In this document: piece after piece, positions 47,638 to 60,079 of the stretch
How the letters are laid out: the number at the start of each line of letters is the position of its first letter
Numbering within the stretch: the first letter of the stretch is position 1
NCBI GenBank assembly: GCA_038205245.1
Contig: JBBRCD010000002.1
Span: 113 to 64,112 of the forward strand
Length of the DNA stretch: 64,000 nt
Origin: Burkholderiales bacterium
GTDB taxonomy: Bacteria; Pseudomonadota; Gammaproteobacteria; Burkholderiales; CAIKXV01
Reading direction: 5' to 3'
Program-made: the position numbers and the translations under genes
The notes under the pieces: model-generated
The model's input: the letters and a program-made list of their open reading frames with translations, nothing else
Told to the model about the DNA's origin: nothing
Database searches by the model: none

Positions 47638-47650
47638 CGTCTCGGTCACT

Positions 47651-48766
47651 TCATTCCCCCTGGTTTGGCGGCGGCGCAACGCCTGCGCCGATACACTCCA
47701 CTGCGGAATCCACTACGCACTCCACTGCGGACTGGCCCGGCCGCGCACCGATGGCGGCAAGCTGCGCTTCAAGAACTCCGACGCGTTCTGCCAGGCGGGC
47801 AAGATGCCGCACCTGAGCTGCATTCCGGAGCCACTGCGGGTGTGCCTGGGCAGGCATGTAGCCGGTGACCTTCCCCGGCTTGCTGATCGACCGGGTGACC
47901 AGGGTGAACGGCGACACCTCGACCCCGTCTGCAATCTCCAGATGCCCGAGGATGCCGGCCGCGCCGCCAATCCGGCAGCCAGCGCCGATCCTTGCGCTGC
48001 CGGCAATGCCAACGCAGCCGGCGATCACGGTATGTGCGCCGATGTGCACGTTGTGTCCGATCTGGATCAGGTTGTCGAGCTTGACGCCGTCGCCGATCAC
48101 CGTGTCGTCGAGTGCGCCGCGATCGATGGTCGTATTGGCCCCGATCTCCACATCGTCGCCGATCACCACCGAGCCCAGTTGTGGAATCTTCAACCAGTGC
48201 CCCGCCTCGGGCGCAAAGCCAAAACCGTCAGCGCCGATCACCGCCCCGGCATGCACCAGTGCCCGCGCCCCGAGGCGACAACCGGGATAGACAGTGACGT
48301 TGGCCACCAATCTGCAGTCACAGCCGATGCGCGCGCCTTCCAGCAGGACACAACCCGGACCCACCAGCGTACCCGCGCCAATGGTGACCCCGGGTCCGAC
48401 ACTCGCGCCGGCGCAGACCCGGGCGGTCGGATCGATCGAGGCGGTCGGGTCGACGCTGGCCGCCGGATCGATGCCACCGCGCAACTCGGGCAACGGATTG
48501 AGCAGCGCAGCGACCCGGGCGTAGTAGGCGTACGGGTTGTCGGTGACGATCCGTGGCAGCGCGGTCGCCGCCCGCGCGGCCGGTGCCAGAATCACCGCAC
48601 TGGCATGTGTGCCGGCGAGCTGCGCGAGATGACGGTCGCTGGACAGGAAGGACACCGATCCCGTCCCCGCTTCGGCAAGCGATGAAATCCGATCGATCAC
48701 CGGATCGTCATCGCCGGCGAGTTCTCCACCTAGACGGGCCACCAGATCGGACAGTCTCATTGCCAT
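47651..48766 (-). CDS. lpxD: UDP-3-O-acylglucosamine N-acyltransferase
   Basis: 371 aa. N-terminus [16 protein letters not shown], followed by hexapeptide repeats. The C-terminal tail is lengthened by a 24-nt duplication. Confidence 0.93.
   Translation of the reverse strand: MAMRLSDLVARLGGELAGDDDPVIDRISSLAEAGTGSVSFLSSDRHLAQLAGTHASAVILAPAARAATALPRIVTDNPYAYYARVAALLNPLPELRGGIDPAASVDPTASIDPTARVCAGASVGPGVTIGAGTLVGPGCVLLEGARIGCDCRLVANVTVYPGCRLGARALVHAGAVIGADGFGFAPEAGHWLKIPQLGSVVIGDDVEIGANTTIDRGALDDTVIGDGVKLDNLIQIGHNVHIGAHTVIAGCVGIAGSARIGAGCRIGGAAGILGHLEIADGVEVSPFTLVTRSISKPGKVTGYMPAQAHPQWLRNAAQVRHLARLAERVGVLEAQLAAIGARPGQSAVECVVDSAVECIGAGVAPPPNQGE
47694..47735. repeat. 24-nt tandem duplication (cactccactgcggaatccactacg / cactccactgcggactgg...) in the lpxD 3' end
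   Basis: Gives [15 protein letters not shown] in the LpxD C-terminal tail. Confidence 0.7.
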
Positions 48767-48816
48767 CGAAGGCGACGCGATGACAGCTCTGGAATTGCGC
48801 CGGGAACCAGCGGGGA

Positions 48817-49332
48817 CTATTTTTCGGACGCGGCCAAGGCCTTGAGGACCTTTTCCGTGATGTCGATGCGCGGGCTGCGGTAAACCGCCTCCTGGAACAC
48901 CAGATCAAGCTTGTCGCTCTCTGCGATACGCTTGATCACCACGTTGACCCGTTCCAGCACGGTCGCCATTTCCTCATTGCGGCGGATGTTCAGGTCCTCC
49001 CGGAACTCGCGCTGCAGGCGCTGGAACTGCTGCGTCAAGCGCGCCAGTTCCTGTTCCCGCTTCGCCCGCTCGGCCTCGGCCAGCGTCAGCCCGTCTTTCT
49101 CGAGTGAAGTCTGCAGATCCTTAGCACGCGCGGCGAGTCGCTGCAACTCCTGGTCGCGTGGGGCGAAGTCCTTCTCCAGCCGCTTCTGCGCACGCACCGC
49201 CGGGACGGCCTCGCGCAGAATCCGCTCGGTGTCGACAAACCCGATGCGCAGGTCGGGCACCTGTGCCCACACTACCGGTGTCGCGCCCAGCGCGACTGCC
49301 AGGGCCAGCACCTGCCAGATTCTTCGACCCAT
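48817..49332 (-). CDS. skp: Periplasmic chaperone Skp (OmpH family)
   Basis: 171 aa. Signal peptide [15 protein letters not shown], a Lys/Glu/Arg/Gln-rich coiled coil, and the conserved position between bamA and lpxD. Confidence 0.85.
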   Translation of the reverse strand: MGRRIWQVLALAVALGATPVVWAQVPDLRIGFVDTERILREAVPAVRAQKRLEKDFAPRDQELQRLAARAKDLQTSLEKDGLTLAEAERAKREQELARLTQQFQRLQREFREDLNIRRNEEMATVLERVNVVIKRIAESDKLDLVFQEAVYRSPRIDITEKVLKALAASEK

Positions 49333-49464
49333 CCCCGCCCCCGATATGGCTGCCGGTACACACCGGACACCCGGTTGTCCGCCAAGTTGAGAATTCAGCT
49401 GTTGACGATCCGGCCAGGGCGGTCGATGACTGACTTGCGCACAAGTTCACCGGGCTCGCGGCCC

Positions 49465-49494
49465 GGACCTGGACCCTCGACCCTGATCCCCGCT
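49465..49494. repeat. Weak hexamer periodicity (ggacct ggaccc tcgacc ctgatc cccgct) in the unusually long bamA-skp spacer
   Basis: Read directly. Degenerate. Confidence 0.4.
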
Positions 49495-49554
49495 CCGGTT
49501 ACCCGCCTCCCCCGAATCTCCGAAACATGATATCACCCGCCTGCATCGCCGACG

Positions 49555-51825
49555 TCAGAAGGTGGACCCGAATGTGAACTGGAACCGCTGCAACCGATCG
49601 GTCGACTGACTGTTGAGCGGCTGAGCCGCGCTCATCTTCAGCGGGCCGAACGGCGACACCCACAGCACCGCGATGCCCGCCGAGTAGCGCGCGTTCGTCC
49701 CGCTGAACGATTCGTCGGCGAAACCGCCATCGACGAAACCGCTCATCCGCACCGAGCGATCATTGCGCAGACCCGGGAACGGCACCATTGCCTCCAGGCT
49801 ACCGACCAGCTTGTGCGATCCGCCAAGTGCCAGACCCTGGGGATCGCGCGGCCCGACCGAACCGGTCGCGTAGCCGCGCACTGAATTCACGCCGCCGACA
49901 TAGTAGTTGCGATAAAAGGGCAACGGCTTACCGCCAAAACCCTGCCCAAGACCGACATCGCCAGTGAACTGCAGGGTCAGGTCGCGCGACACAGAATAGA
50001 AGTACTGCCCCAGGTAGTTGACCCGGAAGTACTCGAGGTCACTGCCAGGCAGGGTGACCTCGGTAAACGCGCGCTGGAACGAACCGCTGGTCGTGTAGAT
50101 GCGGCTGTCCCGGCGATCGATTGCGAAGCCGACCGTGCCGAACAGGGCCATGTTCTCCTTGCCGAAGGTCTTGACGAAGTCGACAAAGCGGGTCGGGCTG
50201 TCCGCGAAGGTCTCGATCGACGTGTTCTCGGCGGTCAGACCCAGATTGACGATGACGTTCTCGGTCACCGGGACGCCGGCACGCACACCGAAGCCGGTGG
50301 TTCGGGTGGTGTAGCTGCCGATGTTGAGCCGGCCGGCATCGAACGAACGGCGGTAGATGTCGAACCCCCCGCTGACCCCGTCCGAGGTGAAGTACGGATT
50401 GGTGAACGACAGGGCGGCCACCTTGTTGATCTGGCCGGTGCTCAATTGGAAGGTCACCGCATTACCGCTGCCGAATACGTTGTTCTGGGACACCGAGCCC
50501 TGCAGAATGATTCCATCTCCGCTGGCAAAGCCGGCGCCGAACAGCAGATTGCCGGTGGAGCGCTCGGTCACCGATACATTCACATCGACCTGGTCGCTGG
50601 CACCTGCGACCGCAGGCGTCTCCACGTTGACCACGGAGAAGAACCCCAGGCGGTCGATACGCCGTCGCGACCGGGTGATCGCCTCGGCGTTGTACCAGCC
50701 GCCCTCGAACTGGCGCATCTCGCGCCGGATCACCTCATCGCGGGTCCGCGTGTTGCCGCTCACGTTGACCCTGCGCACATAAACCCGTCGGCCAGGATCG
50801 ACAAAGAAGGTGAACGACGCGGTGCGCTTGTCCTTGTCCAGCTCCGGCACAGCGTTGACGTTGGCAAACGCATAACCCTCGTCGCCCAGGCGATCGGTCA
50901 TCGCCTTGGTCGATTCGGTTAGCCGCTCACGGGAAAACGTATCGCCGGCCTTCACCTTGAGCAGCTTGCGCAGTTCGGCCTCAGGCAACAACAGTTCGCC
51001 CGCGAAGCGCACATCCGAAACGGAGTAGCGCGGACCTTCGGTGACATTTATGGTCAAGAAGATGTCGCGCCGGTCCGGGGTGATCTGAACCTGTGTCGAC
51101 TCGATATTGAACTCGAGGTAGCCGCGGTTCTGGTAGAACGACCGGACAGTGTCGAGGTCAGCCGACAGACGTTCCCGGGAGTACTGATCCTGCTTGCTGT
51201 ACCAGGTGAGCAGGCCCGGCGTTCGCTGCACCATGAGCCTGAGCAGCTCGCGTTCCGAGAACACCTTGTTGCCGACGAAGTTGATCTGCCGGATACGGGC
51301 GACATCGCCCTCGGTGATCTGGAAAGAAATGCCCACCCGGTTGCGCTCGAGCGGCGTGACCGTGGTCTGCACCTGCGCCGCATAGCGGCCGCGATTGATG
51401 TACTGGCGCTTGATCTCCTGCTCGGCGCGTTCCAGCTGGGCCTTGTCGAAGATGCGGCCATCGGCGAGTCCGATGCCGCGCAGGGCTGCCTTGAGCTGAT
51501 CGCCGCTGAACTCCTTGGCACCGGTGATGTCGATCTGGGCAATCGCCGGGCGCTCCTGCACGGTGACGATCAGGACGTTGCCGTCGACCTCGAGCCGCAC
51601 ATCCGAAAAGAAGCCGGTCGCATACAGCGTGCGGATCGCCTGCGCCGCACGCTCGTCGGTCATCGTCTCACCGACCTTGATCGGAAGGTAGCCGAAGATG
51701 GTTCCGGGTTCGGTGCGCTGCAGCCCTTCGACACGGATGTCGCGGACAGTAAACGGATCAAATGCGGAACTCGCCTGCGCCCAGCAAAGCGCCAGGCCAA
51801 CCACCAGATGTCTTGCGCGCAGCAT
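49555..51825 (-). CDS. bamA: Outer membrane protein assembly factor BamA
   Basis: 756 aa. Signal peptide, POTRA repeats (FTVRDIRVEGLQRTEPGTIFGYLPIKVGE...), and a C-terminal barrel ending ...RFQFTFGSTF. Confidence 0.95.
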   Translation of the reverse strand: MLRARHLVVGLALCWAQASSAFDPFTVRDIRVEGLQRTEPGTIFGYLPIKVGETMTDERAAQAIRTLYATGFFSDVRLEVDGNVLIVTVQERPAIAQIDITGAKEFSGDQLKAALRGIGLADGRIFDKAQLERAEQEIKRQYINRGRYAAQVQTTVTPLERNRVGISFQITEGDVARIRQINFVGNKVFSERELLRLMVQRTPGLLTWYSKQDQYSRERLSADLDTVRSFYQNRGYLEFNIESTQVQITPDRRDIFLTINVTEGPRYSVSDVRFAGELLLPEAELRKLLKVKAGDTFSRERLTESTKAMTDRLGDEGYAFANVNAVPELDKDKRTASFTFFVDPGRRVYVRRVNVSGNTRTRDEVIRREMRQFEGGWYNAEAITRSRRRIDRLGFFSVVNVETPAVAGASDQVDVNVSVTERSTGNLLFGAGFASGDGIILQGSVSQNNVFGSGNAVTFQLSTGQINKVAALSFTNPYFTSDGVSGGFDIYRRSFDAGRLNIGSYTTRTTGFGVRAGVPVTENVIVNLGLTAENTSIETFADSPTRFVDFVKTFGKENMALFGTVGFAIDRRDSRIYTTSGSFQRAFTEVTLPGSDLEYFRVNYLGQYFYSVSRDLTLQFTGDVGLGQGFGGKPLPFYRNYYVGGVNSVRGYATGSVGPRDPQGLALGGSHKLVGSLEAMVPFPGLRNDRSVRMSGFVDGGFADESFSGTNARYSAGIAVLWVSPFGPLKMSAAQPLNSQSTDRLQRFQFTFGSTF

Positions 51826-51897
51826 TGAGCTATAGGTCTTTGAATCAGTTGCCGTCGGTGCGCTGCCGGGAATCAGGCCAGCGGTACACCACCCGGT

Positions 51898-53259
51898 TCA
51901 ACCGCCGAACAGGCGGTGGATGTCGTTGAAGATCGCGAAAGCCATGAGTACGAACAGCAGGCCCATGCCGACCTGTTGTCCCACCGCCATCACCTGATCG
52001 GAGACCGGACGGCGGCGCACGACTTCTATCGCATAGTACATCAGGTGCCCACCGTCCAGCATCGGAATGGGCAGCAGGTTGAGCACACCCAGACTGATGC
52101 TGATCAGGGCGATGAAAGTGAGGTAGGCGACCCAGCTCACCTGCACCGACTGACCCGCGTAGTCGGCGATGGTGATCGGTCCTGAAAGATTCTTCAGCGA
52201 CACCTGCCCGATCAGCATCTTGCCCAGCATCTGCAGGCTGAGCACTGATGTATTCCAGGTCTTTGCGATCGCCTCGCCGAGGCTCTCGACCGGGCCGTAG
52301 CTGATGTCGACCATCATTCCCTGGATCACTGTTTGGTCGACCTTCGGCCCGATGCCGACCTTGCCCACCTTGGCCCCGGCCTCCTGCGCGCTGTCCGGCA
52401 CAAGGCGCACAGACGGCACCGCCCTGCCCTCGCGGTCGATTTCGAGAGTCAACTCGCGGCCCGGGGAGGCGCGTATCTTGCGCACCAGCGACTCCCAGTC
52501 CGATAGTCTTGCGCCATCGATCGAGAGCACCCGGTCGCCAGCAACCAGACCGGCGCGCTCGGCCACGCTGCCGCTGACCACGCGGCCGATCACCGGGTCG
52601 AACTTCGGCTGCGCCAGGGCAAGCCCGAGATGGACGAGAAAGTTCTCCTCGAGCTGGCTGGACTCGATGCCCGACAGGTCAAGTGTGCGCACTGCCTCGC
52701 GGCCGGCGGAATCGACCACGTCGATGCGCACCTGCTCGCGATCCACCGCATGCGTGAGCAACCGCCACCGGGCATCCTGCCACTGCACGATCGCCTTGCC
52801 GTCGACCGCACGGATCAGGTCACCCTGCTCGAAACCGGCGCGTGCGGCGATCGACTCGGGGGGCGGCGCGGCGACTACCGGCTTCATGCCGGGGATGCCA
52901 TGAATGAACAACGCCCAGTACAGGACAATCGCCAGCAGGAAATTCGCCACCGGCCCAGCGGCGACGATGGCGATCCGCTTCCACACCGACTGCCGGTTGA
53001 ACGCGCGCGGCAGGTCGCCCGGAGCGACAGCGTCCTCGCGCTCGTCCAGCATCTTTACATAGCCGCCCAGGGGGATCGCGCCGATCACCCACTCGGTGCG
53101 ATCAACGCCGTACACCCGCTTGAACAGCGGACGGCCGAAGCCAACCGAGAAGCGCAGCACTTTGACCCCGCACCAACGCGCCACCTGGTAGTGACCGAAT
53201 TCGTGAACGACGATCAGCACGGCCAGGGCGGCGATGAATGCAATGACGGTGGTCAACAT
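51898..53259 (-). CDS. rseP: RIP metalloprotease RseP
   Basis: Trimmed to ATG 53259. LAVLIVVHEFGHYQVARWCGVKV (HExxH), two PDZ-like segments, and NLLPIPMLDGGH. Confidence 0.92.
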   Translation of the reverse strand: MLTTVIAFIAALAVLIVVHEFGHYQVARWCGVKVLRFSVGFGRPLFKRVYGVDRTEWVIGAIPLGGYVKMLDEREDAVAPGDLPRAFNRQSVWKRIAIVAAGPVANFLLAIVLYWALFIHGIPGMKPVVAAPPPESIAARAGFEQGDLIRAVDGKAIVQWQDARWRLLTHAVDREQVRIDVVDSAGREAVRTLDLSGIESSQLEENFLVHLGLALAQPKFDPVIGRVVSGSVAERAGLVAGDRVLSIDGARLSDWESLVRKIRASPGRELTLEIDREGRAVPSVRLVPDSAQEAGAKVGKVGIGPKVDQTVIQGMMVDISYGPVESLGEAIAKTWNTSVLSLQMLGKMLIGQVSLKNLSGPITIADYAGQSVQVSWVAYLTFIALISISLGVLNLLPIPMLDGGHLMYYAIEVVRRRPVSDQVMAVGQQVGMGLLFVLMAFAIFNDIHRLFGG

Positions 53260-53283
53260 GGCTAAGACGGGCGCCTGTCCTGC

Positions 53284-53355
53284 GGGGTCGGGGTCGGGGT
53301 CGGGGTCGGAGTCGGAGTCGGGGTCAATTTCAGGTTCGTGCTCAGGTTCGCTTCG
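53284..53355. repeat. Hexamer tandem repeat (GGGGTC x4, GGAGTC x2, GGGGTC, then degenerate NNGTTC units) in the dxr-rseP spacer
   Basis: Read directly. If the longer ORF (start 53403) were used, it would encode EPEIDPDSDSDPDPDPDP. Confidence 0.85.
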
Positions 53356-53408
53356 CAGTCGGGACGGCGAACCAGCCAACGGTGCGAACCACCATCGGCC
53401 CATGCATC

Positions 53409-54674
53409 TTAGCAGGCGCGCCTGGCGATGGCGGAGTGCGCGCGATGTCTGGCGATCGTATCGGCCTCGAGAACGCCCTCGACCGAGCGCGCATCGCCCG
53501 GGACGGGCTGCTCGAGCACGTCGCCGATCACCCCGGCGATATCGCCGAAGCGCAGACGGCGGTCCAGGAACGCGGCCACAGCGACCTCGTTGGCTGCGTT
53601 GAGTACCGCACTCGCGGTACCCCCGGCTGCCAGCGCTGCCCAGGCCAGCGGCAGGCAGGGAAAGCGCTCAGGGTCGGGCGCCTCGAACTCGAGCCGGCCT
53701 GTACGCAGCAGGTCCAGAAACTCGACCCCGGCGTCGATCCGGCCTGGGAACCCGAGCCCGTAGGCAATCGGCGTACGCATGTCGGGCTGGCCGAGCTGGG
53801 CCAGCACAGAGCCGTCCCGATACTCGACCATCGAGTGCACCACGCTCTGCGGATGAATGAGGACTTCGATCTGCCTGGGTGTGGCGCCGAACAGCCAGTG
53901 CGCCTCGATCACCTCCAGCGCCTTGTTCATCATGGTCGCCGAATCCACCGAAATCTTGCGCCCCATCACCCAGTTCGGATGCCGGCAGGCCTCGTCTGGG
54001 GTCGCGTCGGCCACCGATTCGGCGGAACGGCTGCGAAACGGCCCGCCGGAGGCGGTCAGCAACAGCCGCCGCACGCCTGACCGCTCCATATCGCCGGCAA
54101 AATCGCGCGGCAGGCACTGGAAGATCGCGTTGTGCTCGCTGTCGATCGGCACCAGCGAGGCGCCGTGCCTGCGCACCTCACTGATGAACAACCCGCCGGT
54201 CATCACCAGCGCCTCCTTGTTGGCGAGCAGTATCCGCTTGCCGCAGCGCGCCGCCGCAAGCGTGGGCTGCAGACCGGCAGCACCGACGATGGCTGCCATC
54301 ACCAGCGAGGCCGATGAATCCTCCGCTGCAGCCACGCAGGCGGCCGGCCCCGCCGCCACTTCGGTTTCGATACCGACCGCGCGCAGACGGCGCTCGAGTG
54401 CCGCCGCCTCGGCCGGATCGGCAAGCACCGCCAGTTTCGGGCGAAACTCGACGCACTGCTCATACAGCCGCTCGACCTGGCGCGCAGCCGTCAAGGCAAT
54501 CACTTCGAACCGGTCCGGGTGACGGCGCACGATATCCAGCGTGTTTACGCCGATCGTACCGGTGGCGCCGAGCACCGTCAGGCCGACCCGTGCGCCGGCA
54601 CCCTGCGACGCTGAAGCCCCATGCAGTGCGCTGGCCGCTGCGGCCGCCTGATCTTCGTTCTGTTGTCTGTTCAT
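53409..54674 (-). CDS. dxr: 1-deoxy-D-xylulose 5-phosphate reductoisomerase
   Basis: [18 protein letters not shown]...[10 protein letters not shown]...[13 protein letters not shown]...[20 protein letters not shown]. Confidence 0.95.
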   Translation of the reverse strand: MNRQQNEDQAAAAASALHGASASQGAGARVGLTVLGATGTIGVNTLDIVRRHPDRFEVIALTAARQVERLYEQCVEFRPKLAVLADPAEAAALERRLRAVGIETEVAAGPAACVAAAEDSSASLVMAAIVGAAGLQPTLAAARCGKRILLANKEALVMTGGLFISEVRRHGASLVPIDSEHNAIFQCLPRDFAGDMERSGVRRLLLTASGGPFRSRSAESVADATPDEACRHPNWVMGRKISVDSATMMNKALEVIEAHWLFGATPRQIEVLIHPQSVVHSMVEYRDGSVLAQLGQPDMRTPIAYGLGFPGRIDAGVEFLDLLRTGRLEFEAPDPERFPCLPLAWAALAAGGTASAVLNAANEVAVAAFLDRRLRFGDIAGVIGDVLEQPVPGDARSVEGVLEADTIARHRAHSAIARRAC

Positions 54675-54678
54675 CTGT

Positions 54679-55485
54679 TCACCACCACCAATACGAAAGG
54701 TACACGTACAGCGCTAACGCGGCGACCGGCAAGGTCGAGGTCAGGCCATCGATCCGGTCCAGAACGCCACCATGGCCCGGCAGCAGCGTACCGCTGTCCT
54801 TGGCGCCAGCGCGGCGCTTGATCAGCGACTCGAACAGGTCGCCGACCACGCTGAGCGCAGCGATCAGCACCGCGAGCGGCCAGCCGGCCCAGCCCGCAAG
54901 CGGCCCGACGGCAGCGATGCCGGTGAATTGAAGCACGGTGACATAGACGACAACCGCGAGCAGGCCGCCGGCCACACCTTCCCAGGTCTTGCCCGGACTG
55001 ATCGTGGGCGCGAGCTTGTGCCGACCGAACCGGCGGCCGAAGAAGAAAGCGGCGGTGTCCGCGATCCAGACGATCGCAAGTAAAGAGAGCAACAGGCCGG
55101 GCGCAGCGCCAAGCCAAGCCAGCGCAGCCCCGGCCGGCGCCAGCACGATCCAGCCTACCAGCATCGAACCGGCAAGGCCGGGCGCCTGACCAGCGAGGAA
55201 CAGGGGGACCAATCCGATCCAGACGATCCCCGCCAGCATCCACGCCGGGACCAGCCAGCCCGGGCCCAGACCGGCGAGCCCCTGCACTGCCACCGACACC
55301 CCGACCACTGCGCAGAACACGACAGTCGGTACCCGGGCAAGTGCAGTGAGTCGCGCCCATTCGACTGCCCCGACGACAAACACCGCAGCTACCGCGAGCG
55401 TCCACAGCCAGCGCGGCGCGAACCACAAGCCGCCGACACAGGCGGCCAGCAGGACGATGGCGGTGACAATTCGCTTGGCCAGCAT
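54679..55485 (-). CDS. cdsA: Phosphatidate cytidylyltransferase
   Basis: [19 protein letters not shown]...SPGKTWEG...[28 protein letters not shown]. In-frame upstream starts at 55491 and 55536 are possible. Confidence 0.88.
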   Translation of the reverse strand: MLAKRIVTAIVLLAACVGGLWFAPRWLWTLAVAAVFVVGAVEWARLTALARVPTVVFCAVVGVSVAVQGLAGLGPGWLVPAWMLAGIVWIGLVPLFLAGQAPGLAGSMLVGWIVLAPAGAALAWLGAAPGLLLSLLAIVWIADTAAFFFGRRFGRHKLAPTISPGKTWEGVAGGLLAVVVYVTVLQFTGIAAVGPLAGWAGWPLAVLIAALSVVGDLFESLIKRRAGAKDSGTLLPGHGGVLDRIDGLTSTLPVAALALYVYLSYWWW

Positions 55486-55578
55486 GGTCATGGGCGCAGT
55501 CCAGCCGGACAACAGTGGCAGCATGCCGGGCAACATCGGGCAGACCGCGCAGCGGACCCGACGGCCGCAACTGCCGAC

Positions 55579-56505
55579 TCAACTCGCGCCGACAACCTTC
55601 GGTACCGGGTCGTTTGCGTGCCTGGGCAGAGTGACCTCGACCTCGCGCACCACTGCCATGAGACGATCAGGTGGACGGTCCGACGGTCGGTCCGACAGGC
55701 GGTCCGATGGGCGCTCCGACGGGCGGTCCGCAGGGTTCGCGGGCGCCCGCCTGATCTGATCACTGGTTCGACCGAAGCGCCGCTCGCGGCTGCGAAATGC
55801 GTCCACCGCCTCCTGTATGTCCTGCGTGCCGAAGTCCGGCCAGAGGCGTTCGGTGAACCAGAATTCAGTATACGCACGCTGCCAGAGCAGGAAGTTGCTG
55901 ATCCGGGTCTCGCCGCCAGTGCGAATGAACAGATCCGGCTCAGGCGCATCGGCGAGCGAAAGATGGGCGGCGAGGTCGCCCTCGCTGATCGGGCCGGCCG
56001 GCTCTGCATGCTGCGCGCGCTCGGCCAGCAGACGATTGACCGCCTGGGTGATGTCCCAGCGCCCGCCATAGTTGGCGGCAATGGTCAGGGTCATCCGGCG
56101 ATTGCCTGCCGTGGTCGATTCAGCATCGGCAATCAACTGCTGCAGCCGCGGCTCGAACCGGGCACGGTCGCCGATCACCCGGAAACACACCCCATGTTCA
56201 TGCAGGCGGGATACTTCCTGCTCGATCGCGGTGGCAAACAGCTCCATCAACGCCGACACCTCGTCTGCCGGGCGCCGCCAGTTCTCGCTGCTGAACGCGA
56301 ACAGGGTCAGGTGCTCGATGCCCAGTTCCCCGCAAGCCTGCACGGTTGCCCGTACCGCCGCCGCGCCCTTGCGGTGACCGGCGATACGCGGCAGGTGGCG
56401 CTGGCGCGCCCAGCGACCGTTGCCATCCATGATGATGGCGACATGGCGCGGCACCCCGTCCGCAGGGTGTGCGCTTGCCGCTGACTCCCGACCCCGGAAC
56501 ATCAC
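55579..56505 (-). CDS. uppS: Undecaprenyl-diphosphate synthase with a roughly 63-aa repeat-containing C-terminal extension
   Basis: [15 protein letters not shown]...[13 protein letters not shown]...[15 protein letters not shown]...RERRFG. The ORF then continues [37 protein letters not shown]... to the stop at 55579. Confidence 0.9.
   Translation of the reverse strand: MMFRGRESAASAHPADGVPRHVAIIMDGNGRWARQRHLPRIAGHRKGAAAVRATVQACGELGIEHLTLFAFSSENWRRPADEVSALMELFATAIEQEVSRLHEHGVCFRVIGDRARFEPRLQQLIADAESTTAGNRRMTLTIAANYGGRWDITQAVNRLLAERAQHAEPAGPISEGDLAAHLSLADAPEPDLFIRTGGETRISNFLLWQRAYTEFWFTERLWPDFGTQDIQEAVDAFRSRERRFGRTSDQIRRAPANPADRPSERPSDRLSDRPSDRPPDRLMAVVREVEVTLPRHANDPVPKVVGAS
55670..55741. repeat. 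12-nt tandem repeat x6 (ggtggacggtcc gacggtcggtcc gacaggcggtcc gatgggcgctcc gacgggcggtcc gcagggttcgcg) at the uppS-cdsA junction
   Basis: Read directly. Encodes the (D/E)R(P/L)S tetrapeptide repeats of the UppS tail. Confidence 0.85.
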
Positions 56506-56506
56506 C

Positions 56507-57064
56507 CTAGACCGCCAGCAGTTCTGCTTCCTTGACCTGGAGCACCTTGTCGATTTCCGCGATGAACCGGTCGGTCAGCTTCTGCACATCGTCCTGCCCC
56601 CGGCGCTCGTCATCTTCGGCAACCTTCTTGTCCTTGAGCAGCGCCTTCAATTCGGCGTTCGCGTCGCGACGCACATTGCGCACTGCGATTTTCGCGTCTT
56701 CCGCCTCGCCACGTACCACCTTGATCAGGTCGCGCCGACGTTCCTCGGTCAGCGAGGGCATCGGCACCCGCACCAGATCACCGGTCGTGGACGGATTCAG
56801 GCCGAGATCGGAGTCGCGGATCGCTTTCTCTATCACCCCGGCCATCTTCTTCTCCCAGGGTGTCACGCCGATGGTCCGGGCGTCGATCAGGGTAACGCTC
56901 GCAACCTGGGTCATCGGGGTAGGCGACCCGTAATAGTCGACCTGAATGTGATCGAGGATGCCCGGGTGGGCGCGGCCGGTACGTACCTTGCCCAGGTTCG
57001 CCTTGAGCGCATCCACGCTCTTCACCATTTTCTGTTCCGCCGTTTTCTTGACCTCTGCAATCAT
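56507..57064 (-). CDS. frr: Ribosome recycling factor
   Basis: Trimmed to ATG 57064. [47 protein letters not shown]... Confidence 0.95.
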   Translation of the reverse strand: MIAEVKKTAEQKMVKSVDALKANLGKVRTGRAHPGILDHIQVDYYGSPTPMTQVASVTLIDARTIGVTPWEKKMAGVIEKAIRDSDLGLNPSTTGDLVRVPMPSLTEERRRDLIKVVRGEAEDAKIAVRNVRRDANAELKALLKDKKVAEDDERRGQDDVQKLTDRFIAEIDKVLQVKEAELLAV

Positions 57065-57081
57065 CGATCGCTCCCGGCTGA

Positions 57082-58750
<1,669 letters not shown>

Positions 58751-58880
58751 GGAAAAACCTTCCCTTTCAGCGGCGTCCCATCAGCGGGCCGCCGACATCA
58801 TCGATACAAGTAACGGAATACCGGACAACGACAGTTGCGATGTGAGCGCCGGCCAAAAACGGCTTCTGGCCGCCCACTGC

Positions 58881-59630
58881 TCAGGCCGGAGCAACCTCGC
58901 TCGCGGCAGCCTCCACCTCGACGAACTCATCGCCAACGATCTCCTGGATCACCTGGCTGCGGCCTTCGAGGATCGCATCGGCCACGCCGCGTGCATAAAG
59001 GCGCACCGCCCGGCTCGAATCATCGTTGCCCGGAATGACATAGTGCACGCCGTCGGGCGAGTTATTGGTGTCCACGATCGCAATCACCGGAATGCCCAGC
59101 ACCTTGGCCTCCTGCACCGCGATCTTGTGATAACCGACGTCGATGATGAAGATCGCATCCGGCAGACCGTTCATGTCCTTGATACCGCCAAGGCTGCGCT
59201 CGAGCTTTTCGAGGTCGCGCTGAAAGGTCAGCGCTTCTTTCTTCGACAGCTTCTCGGCATTGCCTTCGGCGACCATCGCGTCCAGGTCATGCAGGCGCTT
59301 GATCGAGCCCTTGACCGTCTTGAAGTTGGTCAGCATGCCGCCGAGCCAGCGATGATCGACGAACGGCGCGCCTGCGCGCGATGCTTCCTCGCGCACGATC
59401 TCGCGCGCCTGGCGCTTGGTGCCGACAAACATGATGTTGCCCTTGTTCGCCGCAAGCTTGCGCACGAACTTCATCGCCTCGTCGTACATGACGATCGACT
59501 TTTCGAGGTTGATGATGTGAATCTTGTTCCGGTGCCCGAAGATGTACGGTGCCATCTTGGGGTTCCAGTAACGGGTCTGGTGGCCGAAGTGGACACCGGC
59601 TTCGAGCATGCCGCGCATGGTCACTGACAT
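58881..59630 (-). CDS. rpsB: 30S ribosomal protein S2
   Basis: Trimmed to ATG 59630. [43 protein letters not shown]... Confidence 0.97.
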   Translation of the reverse strand: MSVTMRGMLEAGVHFGHQTRYWNPKMAPYIFGHRNKIHIINLEKSIVMYDEAMKFVRKLAANKGNIMFVGTKRQAREIVREEASRAGAPFVDHRWLGGMLTNFKTVKGSIKRLHDLDAMVAEGNAEKLSKKEALTFQRDLEKLERSLGGIKDMNGLPDAIFIIDVGYHKIAVQEAKVLGIPVIAIVDTNNSPDGVHYVIPGNDDSSRAVRLYARGVADAILEGRSQVIQEIVGDEFVEVEAAASEVAPA

Positions 59631-59746
59631 TGGATCGACTCCTGAGGGTTGGTCCGCCACGCTCCGCTACTGCCTTCGACCATCGGACCCGGAGGATTCC
59701 GGACCACGACACTCGAACACCCTTTGGTCGGTGCGTGTGTGAATTG

Positions 59747-59801
59747 TTGTACTGAGGTTGTACTGAGGTGGTCTTGAAGTGGTCTTGGGTTGAAACTGAC
59801 G
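59747..59801. repeat. 11-nt periodic repeat x5 (ttgtactgagg x2, tggtcttgaag, tggtcttgggt, tgaaactgacg) upstream of rpsB
   Basis: Read directly. A relatively AT-rich stretch 117-171 nt upstream of the rpsB ATG. Confidence 0.75.
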
Positions 59802-59888
59802 ATTGTATGTGCCCGCGATCGCCCCACGCCTAACCCGAAAGGTTAACATATAGGCCGACAGCGATCCACCCCGATATATGATGCCCAC

Positions 59889-59955
59889 GATCCCGACCCG
59901 GATCAGCCCGCGATCGGGACGTGATCAGGCCTCGATCGGGCCGCGATCGGGGCGC
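59889..59955. repeat. Six GATC-initiated units with 11-12 nt spacing (gatcccgacccg gatcagcccgc gatcgggacgt gatcaggcctc gatcgggccgc gatcggggcgc)
   Basis: GATC occurs at 59889, 59901, 59912, 59923, 59934 and 59945. Lies in the rpsB/map divergent spacer. Confidence 0.75.
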
Positions 59956-60079
59956 GTCACCGGAGACCGCCGTCCGCATCGACGGCCACGTATGACAACG
60001 CAGCCAGACCCGCAAGCGCGATCGCTGCCCGGGCGAGTCGCCCCCGGCTAATTCCCGACTGGATTCTGACCCGACCACG

